A stretch of 64,000 nt of DNA from NCBI GenBank assembly GCA_040399745.1, contig JBBARP010000001.1, positions 74,617-138,616 on the forward strand, given 5' to 3'. The translations under genes were made by a program, and so were the position numbers. Positions within the stretch are counted from its first letter, which is position 1, and each line of letters starts with the position of its first letter. Shown piece by piece: positions 19,658-29,450 of the stretch. Below the pieces are notes generated by a model. The model saw nothing but the letters and a program-made list of their open reading frames with translations. It was not told where the DNA came from and ran no database searches. This stretch comes from Bdellovibrionia bacterium. GTDB lineage: Bacteria > Bdellovibrionota > UBA1018.

Positions 19658-20746
19658 TTAGTTTTTCCGGAACACCACGCGAACGACGGCAGGAATCGCC
19701 ATCAGGTTCGTGTTCGGGTTCTTCACGGAATCTTCGGGACGGAATGCGCCCGGGACGCCCAACGGAACTCCGGTCGGAATCGCGTTCGAGTCAATTTTGA
19801 TGGTGTCCACAATGGCAGCCAGTGTGGCCATGCCCCCACCTTGAGGAGCACCGCCCGAATCTCTGGGTCCGCCGGAACTTGGCCCACCGTTTGAGGAGCC
19901 ACCCGAGCCGCTACTGCTGCTCGATGAGCCATCCGACGGCGTAAACGCCACGGCCTGAATGAAGGCCTGGTTATCGGGGGCTTTCACTTCGGCTTTGATG
20001 GCTTTCAGTTCTTCCATCGTGACTTTGACCACTTTCGGCGCCTCAACCGGTGCGGCTGCTGCGGCATTCACCGCTTCCCCCGCAGCAGGGGTGACCGGGG
20101 CCACAGCGGTGAGCTGGGTTCCTGAAGTGAGTGCGATCGGCGCCTGAGGCTTGGCTCCTGGTTCCTTGGCAGAGGCGGGTGTCGCCACTTCCACTTTTCC
20201 GTGCACGACCGTGACTTGAGTTTGCGAAGGAGCTGCTTTGCCAGAGCCGCCTTGGGAACTGGAGCCTTTGGGCGCGGCGGGCTCGACCGGCAGGGTACTT
20301 GCCACAATGAATTCCGTCCCGCGAACACCCATGGTCGCGGCACGGGTCTTGATACTGAAGCGACCTGCGGCTCCGACAGGCGTGTTGACGCTGGCTCTCA
20401 CTTTTCCGTAGTCCATCGACATCTGAACGTTCCGGTTGTCCCCATTTTTGAGAAGGAACTCGTCGACCTTAAAGAGAGTCGATCCGCCCAGGTCCAGAAT
20501 GGTCTTGTCCTTCAACATGAGCTTTACGGATGCACCACTCCCCGTATTGATGAGCGTTCCGCGTTCGACCGGGTCGCCTACCTTCATAAAGCGCATTTCG
20601 GGCTTCGAAGAGTCGAGGTTTCTAACCAGGACCTTGCCTACCACGCCCACCGCTTTCCCTGCGGGTTCAGCAGCGAAACTCGGTGCAGCGGTCAAAGCAA
20701 AAGCTGCGGCCACAAATGTGCGGGTGAGGCGAGAAGTGCGGTCCAT
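19658..20746 (-). CDS. exported FecR-domain protein with Ser/Gly/Ala-rich linkers
   Basis: Signal peptide; T-x-AATMGVRGTEF and V.VVHGKVEV FecR motifs. Confidence 0.8.
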   Translation of the reverse strand: MDRTSRLTRTFVAAAFALTAAPSFAAEPAGKAVGVVGKVLVRNLDSSKPEMRFMKVGDPVERGTLINTGSGASVKLMLKDKTILDLGGSTLFKVDEFLLKNGDNRNVQMSMDYGKVRASVNTPVGAAGRFSIKTRAATMGVRGTEFIVASTLPVEPAAPKGSSSQGGSGKAAPSQTQVTVVHGKVEVATPASAKEPGAKPQAPIALTSGTQLTAVAPVTPAAGEAVNAAAAAPVEAPKVVKVTMEELKAIKAEVKAPDNQAFIQAVAFTPSDGSSSSSSGSGGSSNGGPSSGGPRDSGGAPQGGGMATLAAIVDTIKIDSNAIPTGVPLGVPGAFRPEDSVKNPNTNLMAIPAVVRVVFRKN

Positions 20747-20839
20747 CTGTCTATTGTATCGAAGTAGAAAAATGCCCGGCAAGGGGACAAATTTTCCTAG
20801 TTCCCGTGGACGATCCAGGGTTTATCCTGAAGGTACCGA

Positions 20840-22423
20840 ATGGGTCTAAAACGACACTCCCTTTTTGCCCTCGCATCGCTGGCGTTGACTTTGGAGTCGG
20901 CCAGGGCCGAGGTGCCCGATTTTCTCGAGCCGGATTATTCCGAGGCCGTGCTGTCGTTCAACGATCGCCAATACCGAAAAGCCATTCAGCAGTTGGACCA
21001 GCTCTTAAAGAAAAACCCAGAAGTGGTGGAGTTTTTGGAACTCAAAGCGCTTTCGCTGAAAGCCACCCAGAACGACGCCGATGCGGTTGGGATTTATGAA
21101 AAGCTGATTGAGTCCAGAAAGAAGGGCGGAACAAAAGATAAGGATCTTGCGCCCTACCACTTCGAGCTCGGGATGATTCTGACTCGCCAAAAGAAAACGG
21201 TCGAGGCCCGGCCGCATTTTGAATTCTCCGTAAAAGAAGAATTCAACTTAGCGCCTGCTCACCTTTATTTGGGTTTAGATGCTTTCAATGGCGGTCGCTG
21301 GGGTGATGCTGAACGCCACTTCAAAGGAGTTTTGTCCGAGCGCGTGGTCGATCTGGCGCCGCTCGCCCATTTTTACTTGGGTCAAACCTACATGCGGCTT
21401 GAGTTCCCCTCGGGCGCTACTTCGAATCTAGTGAGCGCACGCGATGCGGCTCGCCGGGTGATCGAGAATACATCCAGTTCAGCCGACATTCAGAAGATGG
21501 CGCAGTCCATCTTTGATGCGACCTCCAAAGCGCTTGCCCCTTATGACCGCGGGCAGATGTTTGGTTACGTCGGAACCATCAGTGGTTACGACTCGAACAT
21601 TCTTCTGGCTCCTTCCACGGTTTCGAGTGCGGCTCAGACTTCAGGGAATTCCACGCTGAAGCAGACCTTGATGGCTGGCTTGGGTTACGCATCTTCGTCG
21701 CTGGCGATGTTTCAATACGTGCCGAGCGTTCGAGTATCAACCAACCTAAACACCAGCGAAGAAGCAGCGACCTCCCAGTTCGTCACAAACAGTGCCTCGC
21801 TGTACCTGACGGGGCGCCCGCTTTCCCGATTCTCGTTTGGCGCAAAGCTCGAAGGCGTGGTGATGTTCCGAAAGGAAACGGACCCTTCCCTTTACCGGAT
21901 CTTCAGTAAATCGGGCTCCCTGGGACCGTTCTTCCGCTATCAAGCGACGCGCTCTTATCTCTTTGGTCTTGAGTACACGATTGAGCCCCGCTCTTACGCG
22001 AATGACGGCTCGGGCGACCAAGCACGTTCAGGCACGGGCGACCAGCTTCGGACTTACCTTCAAAACGAGCGAGGCTCTCGGTACTTCAACCCCACTTACG
22101 TATTCCGAATGGGGAGCGATGGCGCCCAAGGGGCAGAGTGGTCAAGCCACAGCATCGGCTGCGATCTTTCAAATGCCGTGCATCTCAGCGAGAAAGTCGA
22201 CTTGAACCTTTCTCTCTCCTACTCCTACCAATCTTACGATGCGCGGCCGTCTGGAAAGCGTGTGGACAAGAACTATCTCGGGCAGCTTTCAGCTTCCTGG
22301 CGTTGGCGCCCGAAGTGGACGTTTCTGGCCTCGATCACTGAGACCCAGAACGATTCGAATGTCCCGGATACGTACTCTTATAGTCGTTTTGAGACCGGGC
22401 TGGGTGCGACCTACTCATTTTAG
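20840..22423 (+). CDS. TPR + outer-membrane beta-barrel protein (Slam/DUF560-like architecture)
   Basis: Signal peptide, N-terminal TPRs, GYDSNI barrel-start motif, 'NDSNVPDTYSYSR' and terminal ATYSF. Confidence 0.7.
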   Translation: MGLKRHSLFALASLALTLESARAEVPDFLEPDYSEAVLSFNDRQYRKAIQQLDQLLKKNPEVVEFLELKALSLKATQNDADAVGIYEKLIESRKKGGTKDKDLAPYHFELGMILTRQKKTVEARPHFEFSVKEEFNLAPAHLYLGLDAFNGGRWGDAERHFKGVLSERVVDLAPLAHFYLGQTYMRLEFPSGATSNLVSARDAARRVIENTSSSADIQKMAQSIFDATSKALAPYDRGQMFGYVGTISGYDSNILLAPSTVSSAAQTSGNSTLKQTLMAGLGYASSSLAMFQYVPSVRVSTNLNTSEEAATSQFVTNSASLYLTGRPLSRFSFGAKLEGVVMFRKETDPSLYRIFSKSGSLGPFFRYQATRSYLFGLEYTIEPRSYANDGSGDQARSGTGDQLRTYLQNERGSRYFNPTYVFRMGSDGAQGAEWSSHSIGCDLSNAVHLSEKVDLNLSLSYSYQSYDARPSGKRVDKNYLGQLSASWRWRPKWTFLASITETQNDSNVPDTYSYSRFETGLGATYSF

Positions 22424-22437
22424 GTCGGTGCTGCGGC

Positions 22438-23208
22438 TTAGCTGAGGCCGACCCGGATCAGGAGAAGAATCACGACGAAAGTCAGGACCGGGCGAATCAC
22501 CCGCGCTGCATGTTTGGAAGCGTGGGTTGCACCGATGGTTGCGCCTAAGGTGATCCCAGCTCCGAGAATGAGTCCGCTCTCCCAGTGCACATAGCCTTGC
22601 CTTGCGTAGCCGATCAGAGCACTTCCTGCGCTGGTCGTATTCGCTAACTTCGATGCTGCGAGAGCTGCAAGGAGCGGTAGCTTCGCGACCCAGAGACAAG
22701 CCAAAAGCATCAGAGTTCCGCCACCCGGTCCCCATGCTCCATCGTAAAGTCCGCAAAGGGCGCCTGCCAGAATCAGGGCCGCACGTCGACGTGTGCGGAT
22801 TTTTCCTGGGCCTGCAGGCACGGGAAGCGGATGGCTTTGTGCGTACTTGGTCCAAGTGTCTTTTCGCCAGACCAAAAGCAAAACCAAGGGGCAGGTGATC
22901 CAAAGAAATATTTTGAAGGCTTCCGGGGGAAGAAGGGGCGAAAGCTGACTTCCTACCCAGGACGCGCCGGCCGTGCTGGCTGCAAAGAGAGCGAAGCTCG
23001 ACCAATCTGGCTTTTGCTTCCGCGTGTAGACGATGAGCGCTGCTAAGGACGCAAGTGTCCCCGCGATCTTGTTGGTCCCAATGGCGTGGGGTCCTGTTTC
23101 GTAAAACAAGCCCAGCGTGGGAAGAGTGATGAGTCCGCCGCCACCGGCAATGGCGTCGATAGTTCCGGCCAATAGGCCCGCAATAAAAAGAATCAGGCCT
23201 TCTGGCAT
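22438..23208 (-). CDS. TauE/SafE (TSUP) family membrane transporter
   Basis: DAIAGGGGLITLP, GTNK, YDGAWGPGGG. Confidence 0.9.
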   Translation of the reverse strand: MPEGLILFIAGLLAGTIDAIAGGGGLITLPTLGLFYETGPHAIGTNKIAGTLASLAALIVYTRKQKPDWSSFALFAASTAGASWVGSQLSPLLPPEAFKIFLWITCPLVLLLVWRKDTWTKYAQSHPLPVPAGPGKIRTRRRAALILAGALCGLYDGAWGPGGGTLMLLACLWVAKLPLLAALAASKLANTTSAGSALIGYARQGYVHWESGLILGAGITLGATIGATHASKHAARVIRPVLTFVVILLLIRVGLS

Positions 23209-23217
23209 GAGCTTTCC

Positions 23218-23658
23218 TTACTTTTTAAGACGTTCGGCCAGGGTATTAATCAGAGGCGCGAGCTCTTGAAAGTAATCATTCTTTCGGAAGCTGAGTCGCG
23301 GGGAATTTGGATTCTCCAAGATTTTTTCCAAGTGCGTTCTCAAACGATGAATCGGGCCTGCAATTCGGTGAGAAACCAAGACGCCGCCGACCAGCAAGAA
23401 GACAAACAAAAGCCCCGACGAGGACACCACCATTTTGAGCATGTCCTGGCGCTGTTCTTCTAGGATCAAGAGCATCGGGTGATCCGGCGCAAGCCCAAGC
23501 GAGAACAGGTTGTCGCGGTACTTTTGGAAAATCAGCCGGAACGCATAGAGGTTCATCAGAACTGTGAGGAATGCCAGCGACGAGAAAAACGTGATCAATG
23601 CCCACTGAAAGCGCGGGTTGATCAAGTATTGGCGACGCAGGGTTTTCTTCCGGTTCAT
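23218..23658 (-). CDS. small membrane protein with HAMP-like domain
   Basis: Two TM helices, SHRIAGPIHRL...RKNDYFQELA..IN. Confidence 0.7.
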   Translation of the reverse strand: MNRKKTLRRQYLINPRFQWALITFFSSLAFLTVLMNLYAFRLIFQKYRDNLFSLGLAPDHPMLLILEEQRQDMLKMVVSSSGLLFVFLLVGGVLVSHRIAGPIHRLRTHLEKILENPNSPRLSFRKNDYFQELAPLINTLAERLKK

Positions 23659-25151
23659 GCTGCTTTTCTCCAGATTCGTGAAGGCGTGTATCCGTGGATT
23701 TGTTCGAGAGTCGAAAAGGTTCCAGGCCCGCTGGATACCTCGATGTCTTGAGCGGTGAACTGAGACGGGTGCTCATAGCCACAGGCGTGGGTGACGGCCA
23801 GAATTTCGTTTCTGAGCGATTGGCAAAAGCGCTGAAAGCGAAGCGACTGAACCGCGGGAACTAGGCCCCGCTGCAGCCAAGCGCTTTGCGTGGCTACGCC
23901 GGCAGGACAGTGATCGGTGTGGCACTTCTGAGCTTGAATGCAGCCCACCGAGAGCATGGCTTCGCGTGCGATGTTGATCAGGTCGCACCCAAGCGCCATG
24001 GCCACAATCGCGCGATCCGGGAAACCCAGTTTCCCGCTCCCAATCCAAACCACGCGGTCTGAAACGCCCTCGTCGTGAAATATTTTGTAAACGCGGGTGA
24101 AGCCCACACGGAAGGGCAAGGATACGTGGTCTGCAAAAGTGAGAGGGGCTGCGCCCGTTCCGCCTTCGCCGCCATCAATGGTGATCCAGTCAGGTCCTCG
24201 GCGCTGCGAGCGCATTTCACGCGCTAGCTCGTGCCAGAAATCGAGCTTTCCGACGGCGCTTTTGATCCCGACCGGGAGACCCGTGGCCTGAGCGATTTTC
24301 TCAATAAACGCGATCAAGCTCTTCACATCACCGAACTCGGCGTGGCCGTTCGGGCTGATGCAGTCTTCCCCTTCGTTCACGCCCCGAATTCGGGCAATTT
24401 CGGCAGTGACTTTGCGAGCGGGGAGAACGCCCCCTTTTCCGGGTTTTGCGCCTTGCGAGAGCTTCACTTCGATTCCGCGAATCTTGGAGTAGCTCCCCAC
24501 CGTCTCGAGCAATTTCTCGATCGAAAACTTTCCATCTTTGTCGCGGCAGCCAAAATAACCTGTGCCGATTTGCCAGATTACGTCGCCCCCTTGCTTATGG
24601 TGGGGTGATAAGCCGCCTTCGCCGGTGTTGTGGTAGCAGCCGGCCAGGGCTGCGCCGCGATTCAGCGCCTGAATGGCGTTTGCCGAGAGCGAGCCAAAGC
24701 TCATGGCTGAAATATTGATGATGGAGCCGGGGCGCCAGGCTTTGGGGCGGCCGTTCACTTCCCCGATCACTTTTGAGCAAGCAATCGGCTGCGCTTTGTC
24801 GTGAACCGAGCCAGCGTGGCTCACTTCGCCAAACGGAAACATGGTGTGTTTAATGATGGGGTAGCCAATCCCGTAGATTTGATCGTCCGTCCCAAATCCG
24901 AAGTAGTTGTTCGCCCCATCAGCGGAGCGCTCGATCCACTGGCGCTCTTCGCGGTTAAAGGGCGCTTCCTCTCGGTTTCCAGCCACAATGTACTGGCGAA
25001 GTTCAGGGCCGATCTCGATCAAAAAAAAGCGCAGATGTCCCAGAACAGGGAAATTTCGCAGGATGTTACTCCTGGAAAACCAGATGTCGTGGATGGCCAC
25101 GGCTCCGAGGACGCCTAAAACACCAGTGAGGATCGCAAAGGCAGGACTCAT
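23655..25151 (-). CDS. FMN-binding glutamate synthase family protein
   Basis: SAMSFGSLS, NTGEGG, EVKLSQGAKPGKGG, DGGEGGTGAAP, CIQAQKCHTDHCP. Confidence 0.92.
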   Translation of the reverse strand: MSPAFAILTGVLGVLGAVAIHDIWFSRSNILRNFPVLGHLRFFLIEIGPELRQYIVAGNREEAPFNREERQWIERSADGANNYFGFGTDDQIYGIGYPIIKHTMFPFGEVSHAGSVHDKAQPIACSKVIGEVNGRPKAWRPGSIINISAMSFGSLSANAIQALNRGAALAGCYHNTGEGGLSPHHKQGGDVIWQIGTGYFGCRDKDGKFSIEKLLETVGSYSKIRGIEVKLSQGAKPGKGGVLPARKVTAEIARIRGVNEGEDCISPNGHAEFGDVKSLIAFIEKIAQATGLPVGIKSAVGKLDFWHELAREMRSQRRGPDWITIDGGEGGTGAAPLTFADHVSLPFRVGFTRVYKIFHDEGVSDRVVWIGSGKLGFPDRAIVAMALGCDLINIAREAMLSVGCIQAQKCHTDHCPAGVATQSAWLQRGLVPAVQSLRFQRFCQSLRNEILAVTHACGYEHPSQFTAQDIEVSSGPGTFSTLEQIHGYTPSRIWRKAA

Positions 25152-25238
25152 CCTCTTCTTTTCGGCATTCCAGTGCGACTCTTGAACCCCGCGAGCAGAG
25201 TCAGTAGACTGTCGACAGGCGTGAGGGGGATTTCAAGC

Positions 25239-26048
25239 ATGGCGACCGTCATTACTGTGGCGAATCAGAAGGGCGGAGTGGGTAAAACCACTTCGGTAAT
25301 GAATCTGGGTACGGCGCTGGCGCGTGAAGGGCACCGAGTGCTTCTGATCGACAGCGATGCTCAGGCCAATCTCAGTAGCCATTTAGGCGTAACTCCCGGC
25401 GAAGAGCCCTTCGCGGACGCGGCGACGCTGGACGAGCTTTATTTGGCGAAACGTCTCGACACTCCAGGCCTTCGCGACCGCCTCATTGTGAAGACGGCAT
25501 CCGGGCCGCACTTGATCGCGGGCGACGGCGGGTTGGCAGGCGTTGAGTATTACTTGATCAATCGATCGGACCGAGAAACGGTGCTGAAGCAGTTCTTGGC
25601 TCCGATTCAGGATTCTTACGACTTCATCCTGATCGATACGCCGCCGAGTCTGAGCCTTCTCACTTTGAACGCGCTTTGCGCCTCGACTCATGTGCTGATT
25701 CCGGTGCAGCCTGAGTTCTTTGGGCTCGAGGGAATTGTGAAGCTTCGAGCCGCGATGGAAGACGTGAAGAACCGCTGGAACCCGGATTTGAAGCTTCTCG
25801 GGGTTTTGCCCACGCAAGTGTCTCACCGCCGAAAACTCACTGAAGAGGTTTTGGGCGCGCTTTCGCAAGAGCTGGAATCCCTTCTTTTCACATCCCGTAT
25901 TCATGACAATGCGGCAGTGACCGAGAGCTCGGGTCATGGGGTGTCCGTTCTTGAGTACGACCGATCGTCTCGCGGGGCGCAGGATTACCTTTCGGCCGCG
26001 CGTGAACTTCAGGAGCGCTTGAAATCAGAAGTGAGGGTGGGGCGATGA
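25239..26048 (+). CDS. ParA/Soj family ATPase (orphan, no parB adjacent)
   Basis: Deviant Walker A NQKGGVGKTT, DSDAQAN, IDTPPS. Confidence 0.9.
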   Translation: MATVITVANQKGGVGKTTSVMNLGTALAREGHRVLLIDSDAQANLSSHLGVTPGEEPFADAATLDELYLAKRLDTPGLRDRLIVKTASGPHLIAGDGGLAGVEYYLINRSDRETVLKQFLAPIQDSYDFILIDTPPSLSLLTLNALCASTHVLIPVQPEFFGLEGIVKLRAAMEDVKNRWNPDLKLLGVLPTQVSHRRKLTEEVLGALSQELESLLFTSRIHDNAAVTESSGHGVSVLEYDRSSRGAQDYLSAARELQERLKSEVRVGR

Positions 26049-26419
26049 GTTCAAACGGACGTATGGGGCGTAACCCGTTTCAGAAGAAAGCTCCCCGAGA
26101 GGTGGCCGAGGAAGTCGCGACCCCGGAGCAATCTGCACCAGCTGCTGAACTCCAAGAGGCCCTTCCTGAAGTGAATGTCGAAGCGGTGAGCCTACCGTCC
26201 GAGGCCGTTCAGTTCATCTCAGCGCCCTCGCAAATTCACGAGGTTCCCGAGCTCGATTCCGACTCGGAAGTTCCTTCCTGGATGAAGGCGGTCGCGGTCA
26301 CCTACCGAGTTGCGCTTCTGACGCGTTTTGGCGCTCAGGTGGCTGTTTCCGAGGCGCAGCAGTTTCTACACGGGCGTCTTCGTCAGCATCAGCAAGCGAA
26401 GCGACACGGGCGCGTCTGA
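26045..26419 (+). CDS. hypothetical protein, probable ParA partner
   Basis: ATGA overlap with parA; basic N-terminal peptide GRMGRNPF. Confidence 0.6.
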   Translation: MSSNGRMGRNPFQKKAPREVAEEVATPEQSAPAAELQEALPEVNVEAVSLPSEAVQFISAPSQIHEVPELDSDSEVPSWMKAVAVTYRVALLTRFGAQVAVSEAQQFLHGRLRQHQQAKRHGRV

Positions 26420-26480
26420 GTCTGGCACACCCCCTTGGTCTGGATTGCTAAGTCGTTTGCTCGGTGTCATAAATATTGGA

Positions 26481-26819
26481 ATGAAACATTCATTCAAGTC
26501 GGCACTCCTTCTTGGGGTGTCGCTGTTGGCGGTGGGGTGCTCGACAGTCACGATTCGTGATCAAGGGACCCAAAAATTGGTCGCTGAACCGAATTACGAA
26601 TCATCCAAGCCTTTCTTCTTGGGTGGTTTGGTAGGCGAGGCTCATGTCGACGTCGACCAGATCTGCGGAAGCAATGTGCCCAAACAGCTCCAAGCTCAAC
26701 ACACCTTTGTGGACAGCCTTTTGACGGGTCTGACCTTGGGAATCTACGCTCCGCGTACGGTAAAAGTCTGGTGCGGTTCGGCTCAAAAAGCCTCGGCATC
26801 TCAGAGGAAAGGAATCTAA
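26481..26819 (+). CDS. Bor/Iss family lipoprotein
   Basis: Lipobox AVGC; FFLGGL...VD..QICG...TF.D.LL..LTLGIYAPRTV.VWC. Confidence 0.85.
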   Translation: MKHSFKSALLLGVSLLAVGCSTVTIRDQGTQKLVAEPNYESSKPFFLGGLVGEAHVDVDQICGSNVPKQLQAQHTFVDSLLTGLTLGIYAPRTVKVWCGSAQKASASQRKGI

Positions 26820-26822
26820 GTC

Positions 26823-27128
26823 ATGACGAAGCGTCATTTTTTCCAAGGAGTTTCGGCATTGGCTTTGGCAGCACTCGTTTCGGGATGCTCCACTATTTAT
26901 TTCCACCGCGGCTCGCAAAACGCGGGCGTGACGGCCACCGAGTGGCACCACGACGGAATTGCGCGCTTGGTAGAGTTCAGCCCGCCGGTCGACATGGCGG
27001 ATCGTTGCGTGGGTAACCCCTGGACCACCGTGAAAGTGGAGAAGTCTTTCGTCCAGCTCTTGGCGTCCAGTTTTTCTTACAGCCTGTACGACCCGTGGGA
27101 CGTTTCTTACGCCTGCAAGGGCGACTGA
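26823..27128 (+). CDS. second Bor-like lipoprotein
   Basis: Lipobox VSGC; same two-Cys pattern (VDMADRC...LYDPWDVSYAC). Confidence 0.7.
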   Translation: MTKRHFFQGVSALALAALVSGCSTIYFHRGSQNAGVTATEWHHDGIARLVEFSPPVDMADRCVGNPWTTVKVEKSFVQLLASSFSYSLYDPWDVSYACKGD

Positions 27129-27155
27129 GTCGGTCACCACTGACCCTGAAAAATC

Positions 27156-27195
27156 AAAAACCCGGTTCCACCGTGAAGGTGGGGCCGGGTTTTTT
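27156..27195. terminator. bidirectional Rho-independent terminator
   Basis: AAAAACCCGGTTCCACC-GTGAA-GGTGGGGCCGGGTTTTTT. Confidence 0.85.
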
Positions 27196-27203
27196 GTTGG
27201 AGG

Positions 27204-27279
27204 TGGCTGGCCAGGTAGGACTCGAACCTACGACCAATCGGTTAACAGCCGATTGCTCTACCAACTGAGCTACTGGCCA
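27204..27279 (-). tRNA. tRNA-Asn(GTT)
   Basis: Reverse complement TGGCCAGTAGCTCAGTTGGTAGAGC...CTGTTAA...GTTCGAGTCC...CTGGCCAGCCA. Confidence 0.96.
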
Positions 27280-27376
27280 ACACACCTATCAAACCGGCGC
27301 ATCGGTAGAAGACGCCGGTTTCTTGGAAATAAAACACCCGGGTGCCTTTGTCTAGCCCCTTGCGCCAGAACCTGCG

Positions 27377-27601
27377 TTAACGAGTAGGGATCCAGTCATT
27401 GGAAAGGGCTAAATAGGCCATCAGCACCAGAAAAAGAAACAAGGCAGCGGTGCCGAAAATGTAGAGGGCGTAGGGATGTCGCCAGCCCCCGCGGTCGCGC
27501 CAATCTTCGCCCCCGCCCTGGGGGGCCTCGCCCGGCTGGGCTTCAGCGGGGCGGGAGGCGGAAGGACTGGCTTGGGTTTCGGGTGCCGGGGGCTTCTCCA
27601 T
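27377..27601 (-). CDS. small single-pass membrane protein
   Basis: 74-aa ORF filling the gap; disordered N-terminus and a C-terminal TM helix. Confidence 0.55.
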   Translation of the reverse strand: MEKPPAPETQASPSASRPAEAQPGEAPQGGGEDWRDRGGWRHPYALYIFGTAALFLFLVLMAYLALSNDWIPTR

Positions 27602-27683
27602 AGTCTTGGGCTTTTAACACAGCCTGCCCGGGGCTTTCACCCTGCACTGGTAGCGCGTTCGTTCCTGGGTTACGCCTTTCACC

Positions 27684-29450
27684 ATGCCACAACGTCCTTT
27701 GACCGAGCAGATTCCGGAGCACTTGGTTCCTTACATCGCCGAGCAGGACCCGTCGGCGTACACGCCCGTCGATCAAGCCGCTTGGCGGTACATTTTAAGG
27801 GTGTCGCGTTCGTATTTCGCGAAAACTGCGCATGAAAAGTACCTAAAGGGTTTGGAAGAAACCGGGATCTCGACAGACCGGATTCCTTTGATCAGCGAGA
27901 TGGACGAGAAGCTCAGGCGCTTTGGCTGGCGAGCGGTGGCAGTGTCAGGGTTCATTCCCCCGGCCGCCTTCATGGAATTTCAAAGCTTAGGCGTGTTGCC
28001 GATTGCGTGCGAGATGCGCACTTTGGACCACCTGGCCTACACGCCGGCGCCCGACATCGTTCACGAAGCGGCAGGGCACGCTCCGATCATCGCAGACTCG
28101 GCTTACGCGGCTTACCTGCGCGCCTACGGGGAAGTGGCGAGGAAGGCCATTTTCTCGAGCCAAGACCTGGCGCTTTACGAAGCCATTCGGGATCTTTCCG
28201 ACATCAAGGAAGAGCCTGGGTCGACGGCCGAGCAAATCGATGCGGCTCAGAAGCGACTCGACGAAGTGGTGGCGCATTTCACCTATTCCAGTGAGGCAAC
28301 CTATTTAGCCCGAATGAACTGGTGGACGGTTGAGTACGGTTTGGTGGGGAGTCTGGATCAGCCCAGGATTTACGGCGCAGGCCTGCTTTCTTCGGTCGGA
28401 GAAAGTTATCACTGCTTGGGAAAAGACGTGGCTCGCATTCCTTTCACTTTGGACTGTGTGAACACCAGTTACGACATCACTCGCCCGCAGCCGCAGCTCT
28501 TTGTGACGCCTGATTTTCCGGCGCTCGAGCGAGTGCTTGAGGAATTCTCAGAAACTATGGCGTTCCGTCGCGGTGGGGCCGAGGGCTTGGCGAAGGCCAA
28601 AATGGCGGCAACGGTCACGACCACTGTGCTCGATTCCGGCATTCAAATCTCTGGCGTACTGGAGCACTTCCGCACCGATTCTCAAGGACGCGTGGCATTC
28701 CTTAAGTTTTCGGGCCCTTGCCAGTTGGGCTTTGAGGACCGAGAACTTCCCGGCCACGATCCTTCGCGGCACCCCGATGGGTTCTCGGCGCCGGTAGGTA
28801 AACTGAAAGGCTTAGGAAGATCCCCGGGACGATTGTCGGGAGTCGATTTAGACAAGCTTGGGTTTGCCAAAGGCGGCCGAGGCCGATTCGAATTTGAATC
28901 GGGCATTGTGTTGGAAGGCGTGCTCGAGGGCGAACCGCTTCGTCATGGCGGGGAAATTCTTTTCATGAGTTTCCGCGATTGCCGCATCACTTGGGGCTCG
29001 GAAGTGCTCTATCAGCCCGAGTGGGGCCCGTTTGATCTGGCTTGTGGCGACCAGGTGGCTTCAGTCTTTGGTGGGGCGGCCGATCGCGCGGCTTACACGC
29101 GTTCTGTTGGCCAAGGCAAAATTCCGAAGAAAATTCAAAAGCGCGCCCTTTCCAATGATGGCCGGGCCTTAAACGAGCTTTACTCGCAGGTCAGAAAACT
29201 TCGGGAAGAAAAAGTCGTGGGACCGGCTTTAGAAAAAGAGCTCTCCCGCATCCTTTCCGAACTGGATTCGAACTTTCCAAGTGACTGGCTCCTTCGCCTA
29301 GAAATTCTGGAACTCGACCAAGAACGCGGGCTCCATTCCGCTGTTGCGGCAGGCGCGAAAAAAGCGCTCGAAGGCTTGGCCACTGAGTCGCAAGAAAAGC
29401 GGGAGCTCATTTCTCGGGGCCTCGCTTTACTGGGAGGCGCGGCCTCATGA
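27684..29450 (+). CDS. phhA: aromatic amino acid hydroxylase (long-form phenylalanine 4-monooxygenase)
   Basis: YTPAPDIVHEAAGHAP, WWTVEYGL, YGAGLLSSVGE, YDITRPQPQLF; C-terminal extension. Confidence 0.9.
   Translation: MPQRPLTEQIPEHLVPYIAEQDPSAYTPVDQAAWRYILRVSRSYFAKTAHEKYLKGLEETGISTDRIPLISEMDEKLRRFGWRAVAVSGFIPPAAFMEFQSLGVLPIACEMRTLDHLAYTPAPDIVHEAAGHAPIIADSAYAAYLRAYGEVARKAIFSSQDLALYEAIRDLSDIKEEPGSTAEQIDAAQKRLDEVVAHFTYSSEATYLARMNWWTVEYGLVGSLDQPRIYGAGLLSSVGESYHCLGKDVARIPFTLDCVNTSYDITRPQPQLFVTPDFPALERVLEEFSETMAFRRGGAEGLAKAKMAATVTTTVLDSGIQISGVLEHFRTDSQGRVAFLKFSGPCQLGFEDRELPGHDPSRHPDGFSAPVGKLKGLGRSPGRLSGVDLDKLGFAKGGRGRFEFESGIVLEGVLEGEPLRHGGEILFMSFRDCRITWGSEVLYQPEWGPFDLACGDQVASVFGGAADRAAYTRSVGQGKIPKKIQKRALSNDGRALNELYSQVRKLREEKVVGPALEKELSRILSELDSNFPSDWLLRLEILELDQERGLHSAVAAGAKKALEGLATESQEKRELISRGLALLGGAAS

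Noticed and set aside
26423..26438. sigma54 promoter (TGGCAC...), also at 31784
   Set aside because: No GC at the GG-N10-GC position; the 31784 copy also faces the wrong way
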